In this document: positions 44,824-63,422 of the stretch, in pieces
Layout: every line of letters starts with the position of its first letter
How positions within the stretch are numbered: position 1 is the first letter of the stretch
NCBI RefSeq assembly: GCF_009914755.1
Contig: NC_060937.1
DNA from: the human T2T-CHM13v2.0 reference genome, Homo sapiens
Direction: 5' to 3' (one strand)
Length of the DNA stretch: 64,000 nucleotides
Program-made: the position numbers and the translations under genes
Notes under the pieces: model-generated
The model's input: only the letters and a program-made list of their open reading frames with translations
Told to the model about the DNA's origin: nothing
The model's database searches: none

Positions 44824-44886
44824 AGAACATTGACACTATGAAGAAGCTGCATCAACTAATGGGTAAAATAACCAGCTGGCATCATA

Positions 44887-49240
<4,354 letters not shown>

Positions 49241-49312
49241 AACAAAACACTGCATGTTCTCACTCAAAAGTGGGAACTGAACAATGAGAACATATGGGTA
49301 ACATCACACAAT

Positions 49313-49347
49313 GGGGCCTGTTGGGGGGTAGGGGGCAAGGGGAGGGA
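49313..49347 (+). other. G-quadruplex-capable polypurine tract of the L1 3'UTR
   Basis: GGGGCCTGTTGGGGGGTAGGGGGCAAGGGGAGGG has five G-runs of 3 or more. Confidence 0.7.
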
Positions 49348-50247
49348 AAATATTAGGAGAAGTATCTAATGTAGATGACAGGTTGATGGGTGCAGCAAAC
49401 CACCATGGCATGTGTATACCTATGTAACAAACCTGCACGTTCTGCACATGTATCCCAGAACTTAAGTATAATAAAAAAAGAAAAAATCACAAACACGGTT
49501 GTCTATCAAAACAATGATGAAAACAGTATTTATGTGGCTTTGTTCTATTCATTTCTGCCCTCTTTGGATAATACTTCTGGCTCTTAACTCTCGCTTCTCA
49601 TTAAAACTTTTCTAAGAATTGCATTTCTGAGAATTTTCCTCTCTGCTCTTACCAAGAATATGATCTCTGCTAATGTGAAAATAGATGCTAATGTGCACAC
49701 TTCACATCCTGACAAAAAGGTTTTAGTTTTATGTCTGAGAGGCTTTTGTACATGGAAAGGAATATCCATAATTATTTGTTATTTGTTTAATGCTCAGTAT
49801 ATTAACCACACAAATGTAATAAAACATTTAAAACTATGTTTAGCTTTTAAAAATGGATTACATATTTTCAGTTTCATTAAAAAATTAAGCTAATGAAATT
49901 ATTATGACTGATTCATGTACCTTAAGCAGAAGGCAAAGGACACACACAGTTATCACTTAACTAATTACTTCATTTATAGTCAAACCATTTCTGGGATCTA
50001 ATCACTTCTGCATAAGTTCTCTGTTTGAATATCTTTCAAGTGTCATAGCTTCAGTTATTTTGATAGTTTTCAAAGATTTCAGATATATTACTTTGATATA
50101 TTTTCAGAAATATAGTTGTCTTACTTAACCCGGAAGAATAAAGGGCATGCCAAATAGTTTTAAGGGCCTGATTTATTAGCCAGTGGGTTGTTGGTTGGAA
50201 TGTGAATTTTCCTTGCTTCTTCCAAGGTGATTCAAAATTGAGCCATT

Positions 50248-50708
50248 AAATATCTACACAATGGGATTCTACTCAGCCTTTAAAAAGAAGGAAATTTTGT
50301 AATTTATGACAATATGGATGAACTTGGAAGACATTATGCTAAGTAAAATAAGCCAAGCACTGATAAACCAATACTGCATGCTCTCACTAATACGTGGAAT
50401 CCAAAGAAGTGGGGAAATGTTGGTCAAAAGGTACAGAGTTTCAGTTAGGTAGGAGGAATAAGTCTTTTGAGATCAACTGCATAGCATGATGACTATAGTT
50501 AATGATGTATTGCATATTTCAAAATTGCCAAGAGAAAAATTTCAAATATTCTTACCACAAAAAGTATTTAAGGTGATAGATATGTTAATCAGATAGATTT
50601 AATCATTCAACATTTTGTGTATAAATCATAACATCACTTCGTACCCCATAAATATATATAATTTATCAATTTACAATAAAATTAAAAAATAGAATTAAAA
50701 AAAAACCT
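50248..50708 (+). mobile_element. 5'-truncated L1MA (MA7-MA9-like) 3' end
   Basis: GGATGAACTTGGAAGACATTATGCTAAG ... TTCAAAATTGCCAAGAG ... GTACCCCATAAATATATA, A-rich tail; perfect 14-bp TSD AAAATTGAGCCATT (50234 and 50709). Confidence 0.88.
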
Positions 50709-52613
50709 AAAATTGAGCCATTGATTTTCAAACTGAGCTTTTTTTATTGTTAAATTTTCACTGTTAGGTCAGCAAGGTATTTTTTTTGTTGTTTCAAAGT
50801 TCATCACTTTGATATAGGCTTTAGTCCTGTTTCATCAAAATGATCTTCTGACTTTATTTTTAAAAACATATGTGTGTCTTAATTGTTTTGTACAGTTTTT
50901 GTTATATTTCATAGAGATTAAGGATTGAGTTGATTGACTTAGTTCCTGCTAATACATTAGTACATTTATTTTATTAATCACCTTGGAACACACGGTCAAA
51001 GCTCTACTTTTCACTGAACTGATTGCGTTGAATGCTTCCTTTTTTTCACCTGTTATCTGTGATCAATGGAACTGATCAATGTTTTCTGTTCTTGGTAAAT
51101 TTCCACTCTTTCCAAGTCTATTTGGTTTGTTTATCCTTACTGTTTTGTTCCTGTTTCTGCAAAGAGGAGTGAGTCCAAGTCTATATTATAGTAATGTATA
51201 ATTAATGGAAGAAATAAACACACACACGTGACCCTCCTCTATTTAAAAATAAATAATGAAATTTATTCTAACTTATTCATGTGTCTTTTTTTCCCCACAA
51301 CCATTCATCTGGGCCATTTATATTAACCTTTCTTGTGTGAACGTTGCCATGTGCTAATGCACTTTTGCAGATTCATCTGGTTCCAGGATATATTTTGATG
51401 TATAAATGACTGTTACTTGGCCAGAAGAATCACTTTTAATTTGACTCCATTTCCCTTTTGGCCATGACTCACACTTATTTGCTAGCATCACTAGGATATT
51501 CTAAACTTGTCATGGAAGCAGTTATCCTCCTCTGAATTCTGGTTTCTTTTTGTGGAGAGTACTACTTGAGATCAAATCCACCAAATAAGAGTACACGTGA
51601 GAGTGAGAACAAAAAGTAATGTTGCTGCTACCTACTATAGAACCACTTTTAGTGACAGAGCTTAAAAAGGTATCTCTAAGGTATGGGTTTCTTTGATCTT
51701 TTCAATTTAACTTGCTACCATACCCTACTGTTTTCATAGCATGTCCACTTAAACTTTCTGCTATATTGATTCTTTTCCTCCCGGGGAAGGAAGTTGCATT
51801 TTATTATGGCCATCTGCCATACAGTGAAGGAGGAATAATGAAATTAGGAATTTCAGCAATAGTGTTTTACATACACCTCATGAGTTAAATATCAAGGTTA
51901 TTCAACCTTTGATAATTATTTCAGTGTCACTGGAATCTTAATGTATAGGAAGGAATAGCAACCCTTTAATCTCCAAGATCATGCCTTATTAGTTGCTGAT
52001 ATTCCACTGATACTATCCCATACAATAAAGCTAGCAAAGTAGGGATCTTAAATATACAGAGAATTCAGAATTTCCTACAATTTAGGAAGGAGACATTTTT
52101 TACTTTGAAGTCTGATAAATCATTAATGCTCACACATTTACCCCTTTTCTCTTTCTGATTAGTTTTTTTTTCCTGGTGAAGAATGCGGGATGGAAATAGA
52201 TGATGGAGTATGGAGGGTGTGGAGAGACATCTGTGTCTAGTGCCTATCCAAAGATGCTAAAGAGATGAAATAGAGGAGTCCTAATTGCAGATAATGGATT
52301 TCTAAGGGGCTAAATAAATGGAGAGGAGTTGGAAAAAAGAAAGATTCGGTTGACAATTTCAGAAAGAACAAAACAGCAGCAATATGGCTATATGGGCCTC
52401 AAAGCTGAATCACAGAGTTCCAATGACTATGTAGCTGAAATGACTGGGAATGATGGCACTGCTTGCTTGTCAAGAGTGTAGTATTTAAGGCCATTGTTAC
52501 CTTTGTCCAAATGGCAGTGTTTGCACATATGCTTGAATTTTTAAATTGCATTTACCTTACTTTAGAGAGAAAAAGGGGAAAAATAAAATTGATAAAAATA
52601 GTTCTAAGGGGCC

Positions 52614-52919
52614 GGCCAGCCACGGTGGCTCACACCTGTAATCCCAGCACTTTGGGAGGCTGAAGCAGGTGGATCACGAGGTCAGGAGATTGAGGCCATC
52701 CTGGCTAACTCGGTGAAACCCCGTCTCTATTAAAAATACAAAAAAATTAGCCGGGCGTGGTGGCCGATGCCTGTAGTCCCAGCTACTCAGGAGGCTGAGG
52801 CAGGAGAATGGCGTGAACCTGGGAGGCGGAGCTTGCAGTGAGCCGAGATTGCGCTGCTGCACTCCAGCCTGGGCGACAGAGCGAGACTCTGTATAAAAAA
52901 AAAAAAAAAAAAAAAAAAA
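52614..52919 (+). mobile_element. AluY element
   Basis: GGATCACGAGGTCAGGAGATTGAGGCCATCCTGGCTAAC and GAATGGCGTGAACCTGGGAGGCGGAGCTTGC; pure A tail; flanks AAGGGGCC / AAGGGGACC. Confidence 0.95.
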
Positions 52920-54399
52920 GGGGACCTCATATATGTAGCGTAAATGAAAGATGCTAGGAAGTCATCAGCCATGTTGAGAGTAACGAATCTTTAGCTTCAC
53001 TAAAAGCTCATTGGAATTAAATTGAGAATGAAGAGACTGATGTAAAAACATGAACAAAATGCTAGAAATATATTGTCAAATACTGTGAAGAAAAAATATT
53101 TAATTAAGGATTTCAGAAAATGTTTTAGCTATTTGGGCTGGAATCTTTCTTTTTGCATAGAAACTGATAGTTGGACTTTCATGCACCTTTTCAGAGATGC
53201 TTTAATATAATATTTCTGAAAACATGAAATTGCCCATAGGCTAGTGGTCCCCCCAAAATAAACATTTTGGTACATTTGCTGACATGTAGAACATGCTCAG
53301 TTAATATTTGTTGAAAAAAAAAATAAGTGAATGAGGTTGCAGCATAGTATCTCTTACTAAATGCTACAAGTTAAGAAATCAAGTTAACCAGCTGAATCAA
53401 GATCCTGGTTTCTTGCCATCTATCCTAGAGATACTTTGGTGTCTGACAGTGTTCATAGTTTTAGTTTGACCCATCAAGTTGTAGGGCCTCAGCTCGTCTG
53501 TTAACCTTTATCTGTCAGAAGATCTCCAGTTAAGGTTGCATCTTTTTCTATGTTGACTTTCATCATGTGTTCAGTTTGCATTAGAAAAAAATATAAAGAG
53601 CAACATAAACAATCAGGCATTTATCCCCTTTAGGCAAACATGTCTCTGAACAAGGCTGTAAACTTTTCTGTCATTTTAGTCATGAGTTGGACAGCTATAT
53701 TCCTTGAAAAGATAAATTCTCTGTTAGTTAACAGAGTTTGAAGTAAATAACCAGAGGTGATAGGAGGCAATTTTAGAAAAATGAGGTTTTCAGGAAGTCC
53801 TTCTTTTTGGAGGATTCTCAGGGAAAATACCATTATTGCCTTTCTTTTTCTTACTGTGTTGAAAAATTTTACACAGTTGGATTAATCATGCTCAGAGACA
53901 AAATACACACCAGTGATTATTCATCAGCACCAGAGTTGGTAATATGAGATTTTGTTAAATTTTTGGATTTTGACAATGAAAATTAATCTATGTGTGTTGC
54001 AAAGTTTTTCATGGAGGGGCCCTAATTTAGTGGAATTACATTTATGTTTGTATCCAATGACAGGTTATTTTCACCTCCTCATTTCTTTTTTTCCTTTTTT
54101 AAATTTCTTTGAAAAGATTTGATTTCATATATACCAAGATATTAACAAGTCCATGTAGTATGCAACCTTCTAAACCTTGTGTTAACTAGCTAAAGACAAC
54201 TCCTTCCTGTTGAAATCTGGAAGAGAGAGAAATTACTTACTGAACTGGGAGAAACTTAATATTAATTGAACTGTTTAGTGACTAAAACTATCTCATAACA
54301 AACATGACCCGATTTATGAACATGTTATGGAAATAGCTTCACTAACTTGTTTGTTCTGGTGTAAATTATTTTTAATCTAGTTATATCATTGGCTTATCT

Positions 54400-54550
54400 A
54401 CTTAATTTATAGAATTTTAAAACTGGATCATTTACTTTAAGCATCACATTTTACAGATGATAGCATGGGACAAACCTGGCTCAGATAAAGTGACTTATTC
54501 AAAGATGCACAGCCATTTCATGGCCAACTTCAGCTTAGCTGACTCTCAGT
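54400..54550 (-). mobile_element. MIR fragment
   Basis: CATTTTACAGATGA ... GGCTCAGATAAAGTGACTTATTCAAAGATGCACAGC. Confidence 0.55.
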
Positions 54551-57500
54551 TTGATCTATTATACATTACACTACAGAGGGCGGTGTCACAACAAAGCATA
54601 GGAGAGTCAAAAAGAGAATAAGATTTTATGTTTTACATTTTAGATTCACTAGGAATGTCTCCTAAAGGCAAAACAGAATAGCCATAAAGCGCATGGGCTT
54701 TGGAGATGGATAGACCCTGGCTCTACACTGTGAGAATTAGAATTTTAGTCTTTGAATGCTGTAATCCACTTTGCAACCTGGTGAGATAATTTCTTCCTGA
54801 AATGCTTGCTGAGCTTTCTTGGAAGGTTTGGGAATTGACTCAACAAATCTATACTGAGCACCTACTATTTGCAAGACATTGCAACAATAATTGCAAATAG
54901 AGCATTCAAATTATGAGTAAAACACAATCTCTCTACAGTTACTATAGCTTTTGTACTTTTTTGTTTTTTACTTTTAAATCCACATTTGGTTATTTGACTA
55001 TAAAAACATTAGTAAAAGAAACACTGTGATTTGGGGCCAGCAAATGTATTTGAAATAAAGAATGAAAAATTAGAATGTAGAAACTAGTAATGAAGATTTT
55101 AAATGACATAAAATACTGATTAAATAGATTAAAATCGTATTGAATGCTTTCATATTTGATCATACACAATTTGACATGTCTAAACTACAATATTATGTCT
55201 TATCTGCAATCCAGATTATGTTTACTGGGTGAAGTCTAAGTAGGTAAGTGAAGGGAGTCATTTGAAAATTAACTCATTTAATGCCTAAGGCAATTTTTTA
55301 AAATAAAAAGCTGCATTATTGTGATTTAAAGTATAAGATTTCCATAGAAATAGAATTTGCAACGAATGTTTTTGGGTGTAGGTTCAGCACACCATGCTAT
55401 CACAAATGAAAATCACTTACTTATTTTAGAACTTCTTACCTTATTAAAATGTGTCATTATTAAAGTCCCTTGTTACACATTCAAATATTAAAAGGAAGAA
55501 AATAAAGCACACCTGGCTGTATATAATTGTCCTTGATTCTAATAGCAAAATCATCAAAATTGCTCTTTAGTTAAAGATGTTCACGTTATAGTCACTGATC
55601 TTGCTATTAATAGTTGTATAGCACTTTAATGGTGGCCTGCTTAAAAATACATGTGAATAAATTTCATTTTTTTCACAATATGAAATAGGGGAGACATGCA
55701 GAACCTGACACTCACCTCATCCCACCCTAAATCTTGGCATTATTACAGACCATACAAAGTCCCTTTATTCTAAGACTATGGTGTGACCTAGGGCTAATAT
55801 ATTTTTGTTTGGGTCAAAATAAATTTTTAAGGATGTGCTGGGAGTAGTATAGTCATTATTCTCATATGTTTTCACTTCTCTCTGGAAAAAAAGTTTCATT
55901 CTGGTCATCACTGTACTTACATACCTTTCAAGGGTGGGCAGTTCTCTTATCTCTGTCTTACCCCTGAGTTGAATGACATGAGGTAGAGCTGGGGAAAGAG
56001 CGTATCGAGTAATGAGTTAGAAGGTGAAACAGGTACCAGCCAGAGCTTCTCTATGCCACGTAGCAGTGAGGAGTGGGGCGCATCTGGCATTATTTCTTGA
56101 TTTGTCCATAGGATTCAGACAGCAATATGTTCCCACAGCACCTAGTTTTACTTGCTTTGAAAAGAACACTACTTTGTCAATATCATTTTATCCTTTAAAA
56201 ATCTTGCCCTTTAACTTGAATAGCGCCTACCAAGGCATTTAATGTACAGTTCACATTAAAATTATCTTGACAGTTGGATATTAAGCAATGAATTCCATGA
56301 ACTGGAAGATAACAGCAACAACAACAACAAAACTCATAAGTGCTTTCTGCTTATCTCTACTATCTCAACTCACTTATTGTCATTTGATGGTTGGGTTAGC
56401 CAACCCAGAGTTGAATTCTGATCATCCATTTGGCCGTTTACTAGGTTGATTGCAGTGAGAAAGTCATTCAGCTTCTCTTGGCTTTGGTTTCCTTTTCTGT
56501 ATAATGATATTCTCTTATTGTAGTTCAAAAGTTCTTTAACATGCTCAAGGTCTCACATTGTATGGATACTTTTCCTTCTTGAGAATTTCCCAGAATTGCC
56601 TCCCCTTAGCCCAGAGTAGTTAGAGACTTGTTGCTGGGTTCGTGGCATTAGGAACTTTAGCAAATCTTTTTTAAAAAACAGAATTCTGAAAATTTTTAGC
56701 CAGTGGATGTGGAGTGGGGCCTCAAAGTCAACATTTCAAAATAGTTCTACATATGAGTGTGAGACATAGCCATATTTGGGAAGAAGCTGAATTGTTACAG
56801 ATTGTGTGCTGCTATGTATTTTTCAGACCTGAATGATGTCAGAGTGGCCTCTCTTCACCGATAGGCCTATAGAGACTGATCTGGAGAGTTATGTGAAATC
56901 AGTTTAACTTTATCGCAGACCCTCAAGTATGCACATTATAACATTTTAAAAGAGGAAAATATATTCTTCATATGCCTCAATTTGTTTAAATATCAATTCA
57001 GGCTTGAGAAAAGAATCAGTTATGACTCCAGGTTTAAGGATGGAGAAATAGAGGAGTTGCTGGTAATTTAGCATGTGAGGAGAGTGAATGGGTTAGAGCT
57101 GATTTAAAATCGGTAAAGGGAGCAGGGACAGATGGTTTCAGCCTCACATTTTATGTGTTTTTAAAGGGAAAAAATGTTCTATATCTTCACAAGACATTTT
57201 TATTCTCTTTTCAAAATGCAGAGCTACTTCTTACAATAATGATGCATATTCCAGAACAGCAGAGTCATATTAATTCTTTAGAAAGGAAATTATTTATTTA
57301 TCTGTGGGAGAAATTCAGGTCCCCCAGACACAAGCCAAACTTTCCCCGAGGCCACATTGATGTTCTTCAAAACAAACTCAAAGTAAGCGAAGGGCATTTC
57401 ACTTTTGTGACAATTGAAATCAAACTTCACTTTTAGAGTGGTCAGCAAGAACCAGGGTTAGGAAGTGCTCTCTTTCTCTCTTTCTTGTGGATGTGATGAG

Positions 57501-58639
57501 AGTGTCTTTTGCAGATTTACTTGGAAATGTATGAATCTCTTCTCATGGGGTCACTTTGATCACAAACTGTAAGGTCCTGAGCTGCCATAGAGAGCACTGG
57601 TTCTACTAGAGACTTGCCCAAACACCGAATCTCACTTCCCTATCTACAATTTGTATTCTATTTTATTATGTCACTTTATTTCCAAAGACTGAACCCTTAT
57701 GCTTTTGAGCAGTGTCAAAAATGAGGGCTTTTATTATCTTATAGTTCGTGTTAAGAGGATTCATTTGGCAGTGTTCAACTCTTCAACCAAATTAGTGCAA
57801 TTTATTTCAACGCACCAATTTCATGGTTCGTGAATTCGTTGTTATTATTGCTGACTTTCATTCTAATTTTCCTTTGAAATTGAACAGTAAGTAATCTCTA
57901 ACAAAAACTGTGTAGTAACTAAAAGCCCAGTAGGATGAAGGTAGAAGTGTATATACTCAGACAAAATAGACAATGAATTGATAAAGAAGGTTTTTAATTA
58001 GAACAAAATGAAACACTTTTGCAAATGAAAAGGTAGTTCAAATTAATTAGCAGCAAAGAGCCAGTTACTTATGGTAGAAAATTGCCTAATCTTCTGATGG
58101 GAAATTTTGCATACAGACTAAGGGAAATAACTTTGAAACTATTTCCAGTCTATTTGTAATATTATCTTCAAAAAAGACATTCTTCACACTAAACAATTTT
58201 CCCTACTTCGGTAGCAACTATTTTGAACCAAAATGCTCATATAAATGTCATTAATGTTAATTACAACTACATATTATTCTGCAACTGATATTTTGCAGTT
58301 TTATTATTCTTATGTATAATTTTTTTCATGGTTGGCATCAGTTATTCTGCCTCAACTTTTCTGTGGGTTTGATGGGTTTCCAAAATATATGTTATGATAA
58401 ATTGACAAAGGAAAAATAAGAAAACCCTTTTATACAAAACAGAATTTTACAAAATAAATTTAATTATAAAAGTAACTTGAAAAATATTTAAGGAATTGAA
58501 AATATTCATTTTAACTGACAATTGTATTTAAAATATATGTTTTTAAAAACATTTGATATTTTAGTGGTGTTCTTGAAAAGAACACTTTCATATTAAATGC
58601 TCCTGTCTGGTCCTTATTTTCTCCTGATTGAGTCCAAAT

Positions 58640-59380
58640 TTCCTCAACTATTCCTTTAACACCATTCACTACTCAACTCTCATCTCTCCCCTTGTTAAGG
58701 CCTCTGGCATTTCCCTAATTAAAAAGTCAAAGTGATGCTTAGGCATCTCACATTGAGTGACTGGTCCCAACATTCATTGATGCCAACCAACCTTATTTTC
58801 TTAAAAGTTTGTCTTCCGTTAATTTCCACCACATTTCTTCAGTGGCTTTCCATTTATCTCTGAATAAACCTCTTCAGTTTCTTTTGTTTGTTTCTTTCTC
58901 TCTATTCATTCCTTAGTGCTGACCTCTTAAGTTCTAAATTTCAATTCTCACATTATGTATTTTACCTGGACAATCTTGTCTACCCTGGTGATTTCAAATA
59001 TAGCCTATACATAAAAAAAAAATTTAAGTCAGTATTATGGGCTCCAGAGAGCTATTTTCTGATTGTATACGAAAACATTTCACATGCAAATGCTGCTTTA
59101 TATGTCTCAACCTTAACATGCCGAAAAGTAAAATGGCTTCTTTCACTCAAATCTGCTTCTCCTCCTTGTTCCTTATCATTGTTAACAAAGCTGTCATGCT
59201 CTTAGTCTGCTTCCCAGCCTTCCCTGTCTCACTGCGACATCATTATCCACCAAGCTGCTAGAGCCAGGAGTGATGGTAGCATCCTTTCTCTTCTTTCCTC
59301 GGTTCAGTTAAGCAATAAGAACTACTTTGAGAAAATAATCTAAATATTTCTATTTCTCCCCATTGTCATGACTACCAATT
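58640..59380 (+). mobile_element. L2 fragment
   Basis: CATCTCACATTGAGTGAC ... GTCTCAACCTTAACATGCCGAAA ... CCACCAAGCTGCTAGAGCCAGGA. Confidence 0.55.
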
Positions 59381-60145
59381 GTTTAAGGGTCTAGAACTTA
59401 GAACCAATTGAAACAGAAGATATAGGAGAGAATCACATGGAGATCAAAATACCTTTACTATGGCTAAAGCTGATTGAAAATCTTGGCATAGATATGGAAT
59501 AAATATTAATGTCTCCAAAATCTTCTCAAAATTTATACTATGGCACAAACAAGTTAAATGTAGGTCTCTTCCTCACCATCTATCTTAGGTCTCTTTCTCA
59601 TATTTTCCTCCAATCTCTACTGCTGGGAAGGCGAGGGACATGGAGGGGAGAGATCACCTCAAGTAGGCACAGGTAACTTTTTACAATATCTCAACTACTT
59701 TTTCACAAGGGCAGCAAATACATTTTTTGTTCAGTATGACATTTACAGTATCCTAAACAATGCTAGTATATACGTATACCTGATAAATATATGTTGAATA
59801 AATTTAAAAAGAACATAGAAAATTTTCCCTGGACTTGACTATTTGCTGATCTTGGTGTTCTGATTATATTTCTTATGCATTTATTAAAATATTTTTCTCA
59901 CTATATAAATTGCATATATATTTTTACATTTCCATTTCCCAACTAACATATAAAGGCAGTACATGAATTACAGGTTAGTTCATCATCTTATTGTCCTGGA
60001 AGCCTAGCTCAGGTTCTGGCATTTATTCCTCCTTTTATCCCTTCTTCATCCAAAAAACATTTATTATCTGTTTGTTATGGTCCAGGCACTGCTTTAGTCA
60101 CTAAAATTCAAAAATCATTAAGAAACAACCTCTGCTTTTGGCAAG

Positions 60146-62549
60146 TATCTTAGTCCATTTGTGCTGCTATAACAGAACATTATAGACTGAATAATTTGTA
60201 AAAACTAGAAATGTATTTCTCACAGTTCTGGAGGCTGGAAAATTCAAGATCAAGGCACTATCAGGTTTGGTGTCTGGTGAGGGTGTGGTCTCCACTTCCA
60301 AGATGGCACCTTGAACCTTGCATCAGGGAAGAGGGAGGGAGCACTGTGTCCTCACATGGCAGAAGGCAGAGGGCAAAAAAGGACTAACCTCCCTCCATCA
60401 GGCCCATTTATAATGGCATCGATCCATTCACGAGGGTGGAACCCTCATAACATAAACACTTCCCCCAAAAACCCATTTTCCAGTACTGTTGCTTTGGGGA
60501 TTAAGTTTCCAACATAAAAATTTGGCGGAACACGTTTAGATTATAGAATTTCATGCTTGGCCCCCAAATTTATATTCTTCCCACATGAAAAATCCATTCA
60601 TTCCATTTCAATATTCCCAAAAGTCTTAACTTGTTCCAACATCAACCCAAAAGTCTAAGTCCAAACTCACATCTAAATATGAGGGTGAGACTCAAGGTAT
60701 AATTCACCCTGAGGCAAATTCCTCTCCAGCTGTGAGTCTGTGAAATCAAACTAGTTATGTACTTCCAAAATGTAATAGTGAGACAGGAATAGGATAGACA
60801 ATTTTATTCCAAAATGGAGCAATAGTAAAGAAAAAAGGGGTAACAGGTACCAAGTAAGCCCAAAGCCTAACAGGAAAAAGAAGATTAAATCTTAAGGCTA
60901 GAGAATAATCTTATCTTCATGTCCTGCCTTCTGGACATACTGGGATATGGGGAGGTTGAGGTTCCCAGGCCCCATGAAGCTCCATCCCTATGGCTTTGTT
61001 GGACATAGCCCACGTATCAGCTCTTATACCTTGAAGTCATATGCCTGCAGCTTTCCCAGGCTGGTACTGCATGCCAGGGACTCTACAGTTTTGGTATCTC
61101 AAGGGTAGTCCCGCTCCACAGGTCCACTAAATATTGTCTTAGTGCAGTCTTTCTGCAGTGTCTCTGCCTCTGTGGCAGGTCTCTGGTTGGAACTCTGAGG
61201 CTGTCTATAGCATCCTTTGAAATATTCGTGCAGAAAGCCATACCTCCACAGTTTGTGCACTTTGTGTGCCTGCAGAATTAGAACTGTCTGGATGCTGCCA
61301 AGTTTTGTAGTTTGTGCCCTTTGGAGTGACAGCCTGAGCTGTACTGGTCCTGCTTGAGTCACAGCTTGGTGCCTGAGAAGAGCTGTGCTGGAATGTAGGG
61401 AACAGAGACTTGAGGTGGCCATAGGCAGTGAGCTCCAAGGACCCATGGGTACCCTAGGCCCCTCCTATGAAACTGTTCTGCCCTCAAGGCCCTAGATATC
61501 CGCAATGCTTTTGGGGTCAATTTCTCATTGTCTTGATGAGTAGCACTGGCTTCCTTCCGTCCACACTAATCTCCTTAATAAATGGTCATTGGGCCACACC
61601 CTTGGTTTTCTCTCCTAAGCATAGTTTTTAATTCTCCACAAAGCCAGGCTGAGAATTTTCCAAATCTTTTCATACTGTTTCTCTTTTAATTATAAATTCT
61701 GTCTTTGAATCATTCTCTGTTCTCACATTTGACTATAAGCAGTAAACACTGCTGCTTAGAGATTTCTCTTTTTAAATATTCTAGCTCATTGCTCTTAAGT
61801 TCTGCCTTCCACAAAGTTGTGGGATATTGACATTGTTCAGCCAACTTCTTTTTCATTTTGTATCAAGGCTAGCCTTTCTCCCAGTTTTCAGTAAGATATT
61901 CCTTACTTCTGTCTAACACCTCATTAGAGTATCCTTTACTTGTCATATTTCTACCAGCATTGTGTTCACAACAATGTAGGTTATCTCTAAGAAGATTGGG
62001 GCTGCAGCTTTCCTCTTCTTCTGAGCTCTTACCAGAATCACTCTTACTGCTCTGTTCATGAAAACATAGGCTTTTTCCAGTATTCACTTCAAAAGAGTTC
62101 CAGCCTCTATCCATTATTTAGTCACTTCCACATTTTTAGGTATTTGTAACACCCCACTTCTCTGGTACTAATTTTTGTCTTTGCTGTAACAGAATACCAT
62201 AGAGTAAGTTACAAAGAACAAAAATTTATTTCTCATTATTCTGGAGGCTTGAAAGTCCAAGATCAAGGTACCAGCATCTGGTGAGGACTGCAATCGACTT
62301 CCAAGATGACGCCTTGAATGCCATACCCACCAGAAGGCTGGTACACTGTGTCCTCACATGGCAGAAGGCAGAAGGGAACAGAGAGACAGATGCCTTCCAT
62401 CAAGCCCTTTGATTACAGCATGAATGCATAAGTGAGAGTGGAGCTTTCATGAACTGAATGCCTCCCCAAAGGCCCCACCTTCCAACACTGTTGCAGTGGG
62501 ATTAGGTTTCTAACATATGAATTTTGGGAGACACATTCAGACCATAGCA
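60146..62549 (-). mobile_element. Complete MaLR element, MSTC-like: LTR 60146-60548, internal 60549-62175, LTR 62176-62549
   Basis: Both LTRs share CTGGAGGCT-GAAA-TC(C)AAGATCAAGG, CTTCCAAGATG and CACTGTGTCCTCACATGGCAGAAGGCAGA; the internal region starts (minus strand) AAAATTAGTACCAGAGAAGTGGGGTG; flanks GCAAG/GCAAA. Confidence 0.9.
61869..62114 (-). pseudogene. Remnant of the MaLR internal ORF
   Basis: RGWNSFE ... SEEEES ... LLRD ... NAGRNM ... EVLD ... ENWEKG resembles the THE1/MST internal ORF peptide pattern. Confidence 0.6.
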
Positions 62550-63189
62550 GCAAAGCTGTAGACTAATTGAAGAATTAGTCTGTAGGCAAATAAGTACAAT
62601 AAGATGTTCTGAGAGAAGGTTGTGTATGACACTGCAATGTAGGAAATGTGTTGAATTTGTGCTTGTTGAGTAAAAAAGTAAATTGTATTTGCTAAATATT
62701 TTGTCTTCATTATCAACTGATCTGTATAAACAATAAAAGTATTCTATTATCTTCATTGTACCTATGAAAATATATTGAGTAGCTGCATGCTAATCTTTAG
62801 ATTTACTAATTCTAACTTCTGCCCAAGTTTAAGCACTATAATTCTGATATCTAACTCTGTTACCTTAATTATTTGAAATGAAATTAACAATTAACATCTG
62901 TTTTATGTGGTTATACTGTCCTCTCCACAGCCGTAATTTTACTTAAAAACATAAACCATATCTTGGCAGAAAAAGCTATTGCATTGAACATATTATGGGC
63001 TTAAGACATTGTACTTAATTTCAGTTTGTAGAATTATTTATGATCCAAAATGTCTTTAAACAAGATATGTTAGTGTCCTTCCCAGCTTGAGATTCTATGA
63101 TTCTAAGATACACAAAGAAACTTTTACTATAGCTTGAGGATAGTGGAAATTAGTGCACAGAATTTTTTCAGTATTTCAAAAAAAATTAT

Positions 63190-63422
63190 AATTTCAACTT
63201 TTATTTTAGATTCAGAGGGTACATGTGCAGGTTTGTTACATGGGCATATTGTGTGATGCTAGGGTTTGGGGTACGGATGATCCTGTCATCCAGGTGATGA
63301 GCATTATACCCAAGAGGTAGTTGTTCATCCCATGTCCCCCTCCCTCCTTTCCTGATAGTCCTCCCCAGTGCCTTTGTTTCCATTTATATGACCATGTATA
63401 CTCAGCATTTAGCTCCCACTTA
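63190..63422 (-). mobile_element. 5'-truncated L1PA16-like 3' end
   Basis: TTTTAGATTCAGAGGGTACATGTGCAGGTTTGTTACATGGGCATATTGTGTGATGCT ... CATTTAGCTCCCACTTA. Confidence 0.85.

Noticed and set aside
54170-54235. Strong minus-strand acceptor TTTCTCTCTCTTCCAG
   Set aside because: Stops in all three frames within about 35 nt and no good donor follows; a non-coding use cannot be excluded but is unsupported.
54570-54586. CTCF-like ACTACAGAGGGCGGT
   Set aside because: The 5' half of the core (CCAS) is mismatched.
57490-57582. Possible C/D box snoRNA (GTGATGA ... TTGA/CTGA)
   Set aside because: No terminal stem outside the boxes and no recognisable rRNA guide.
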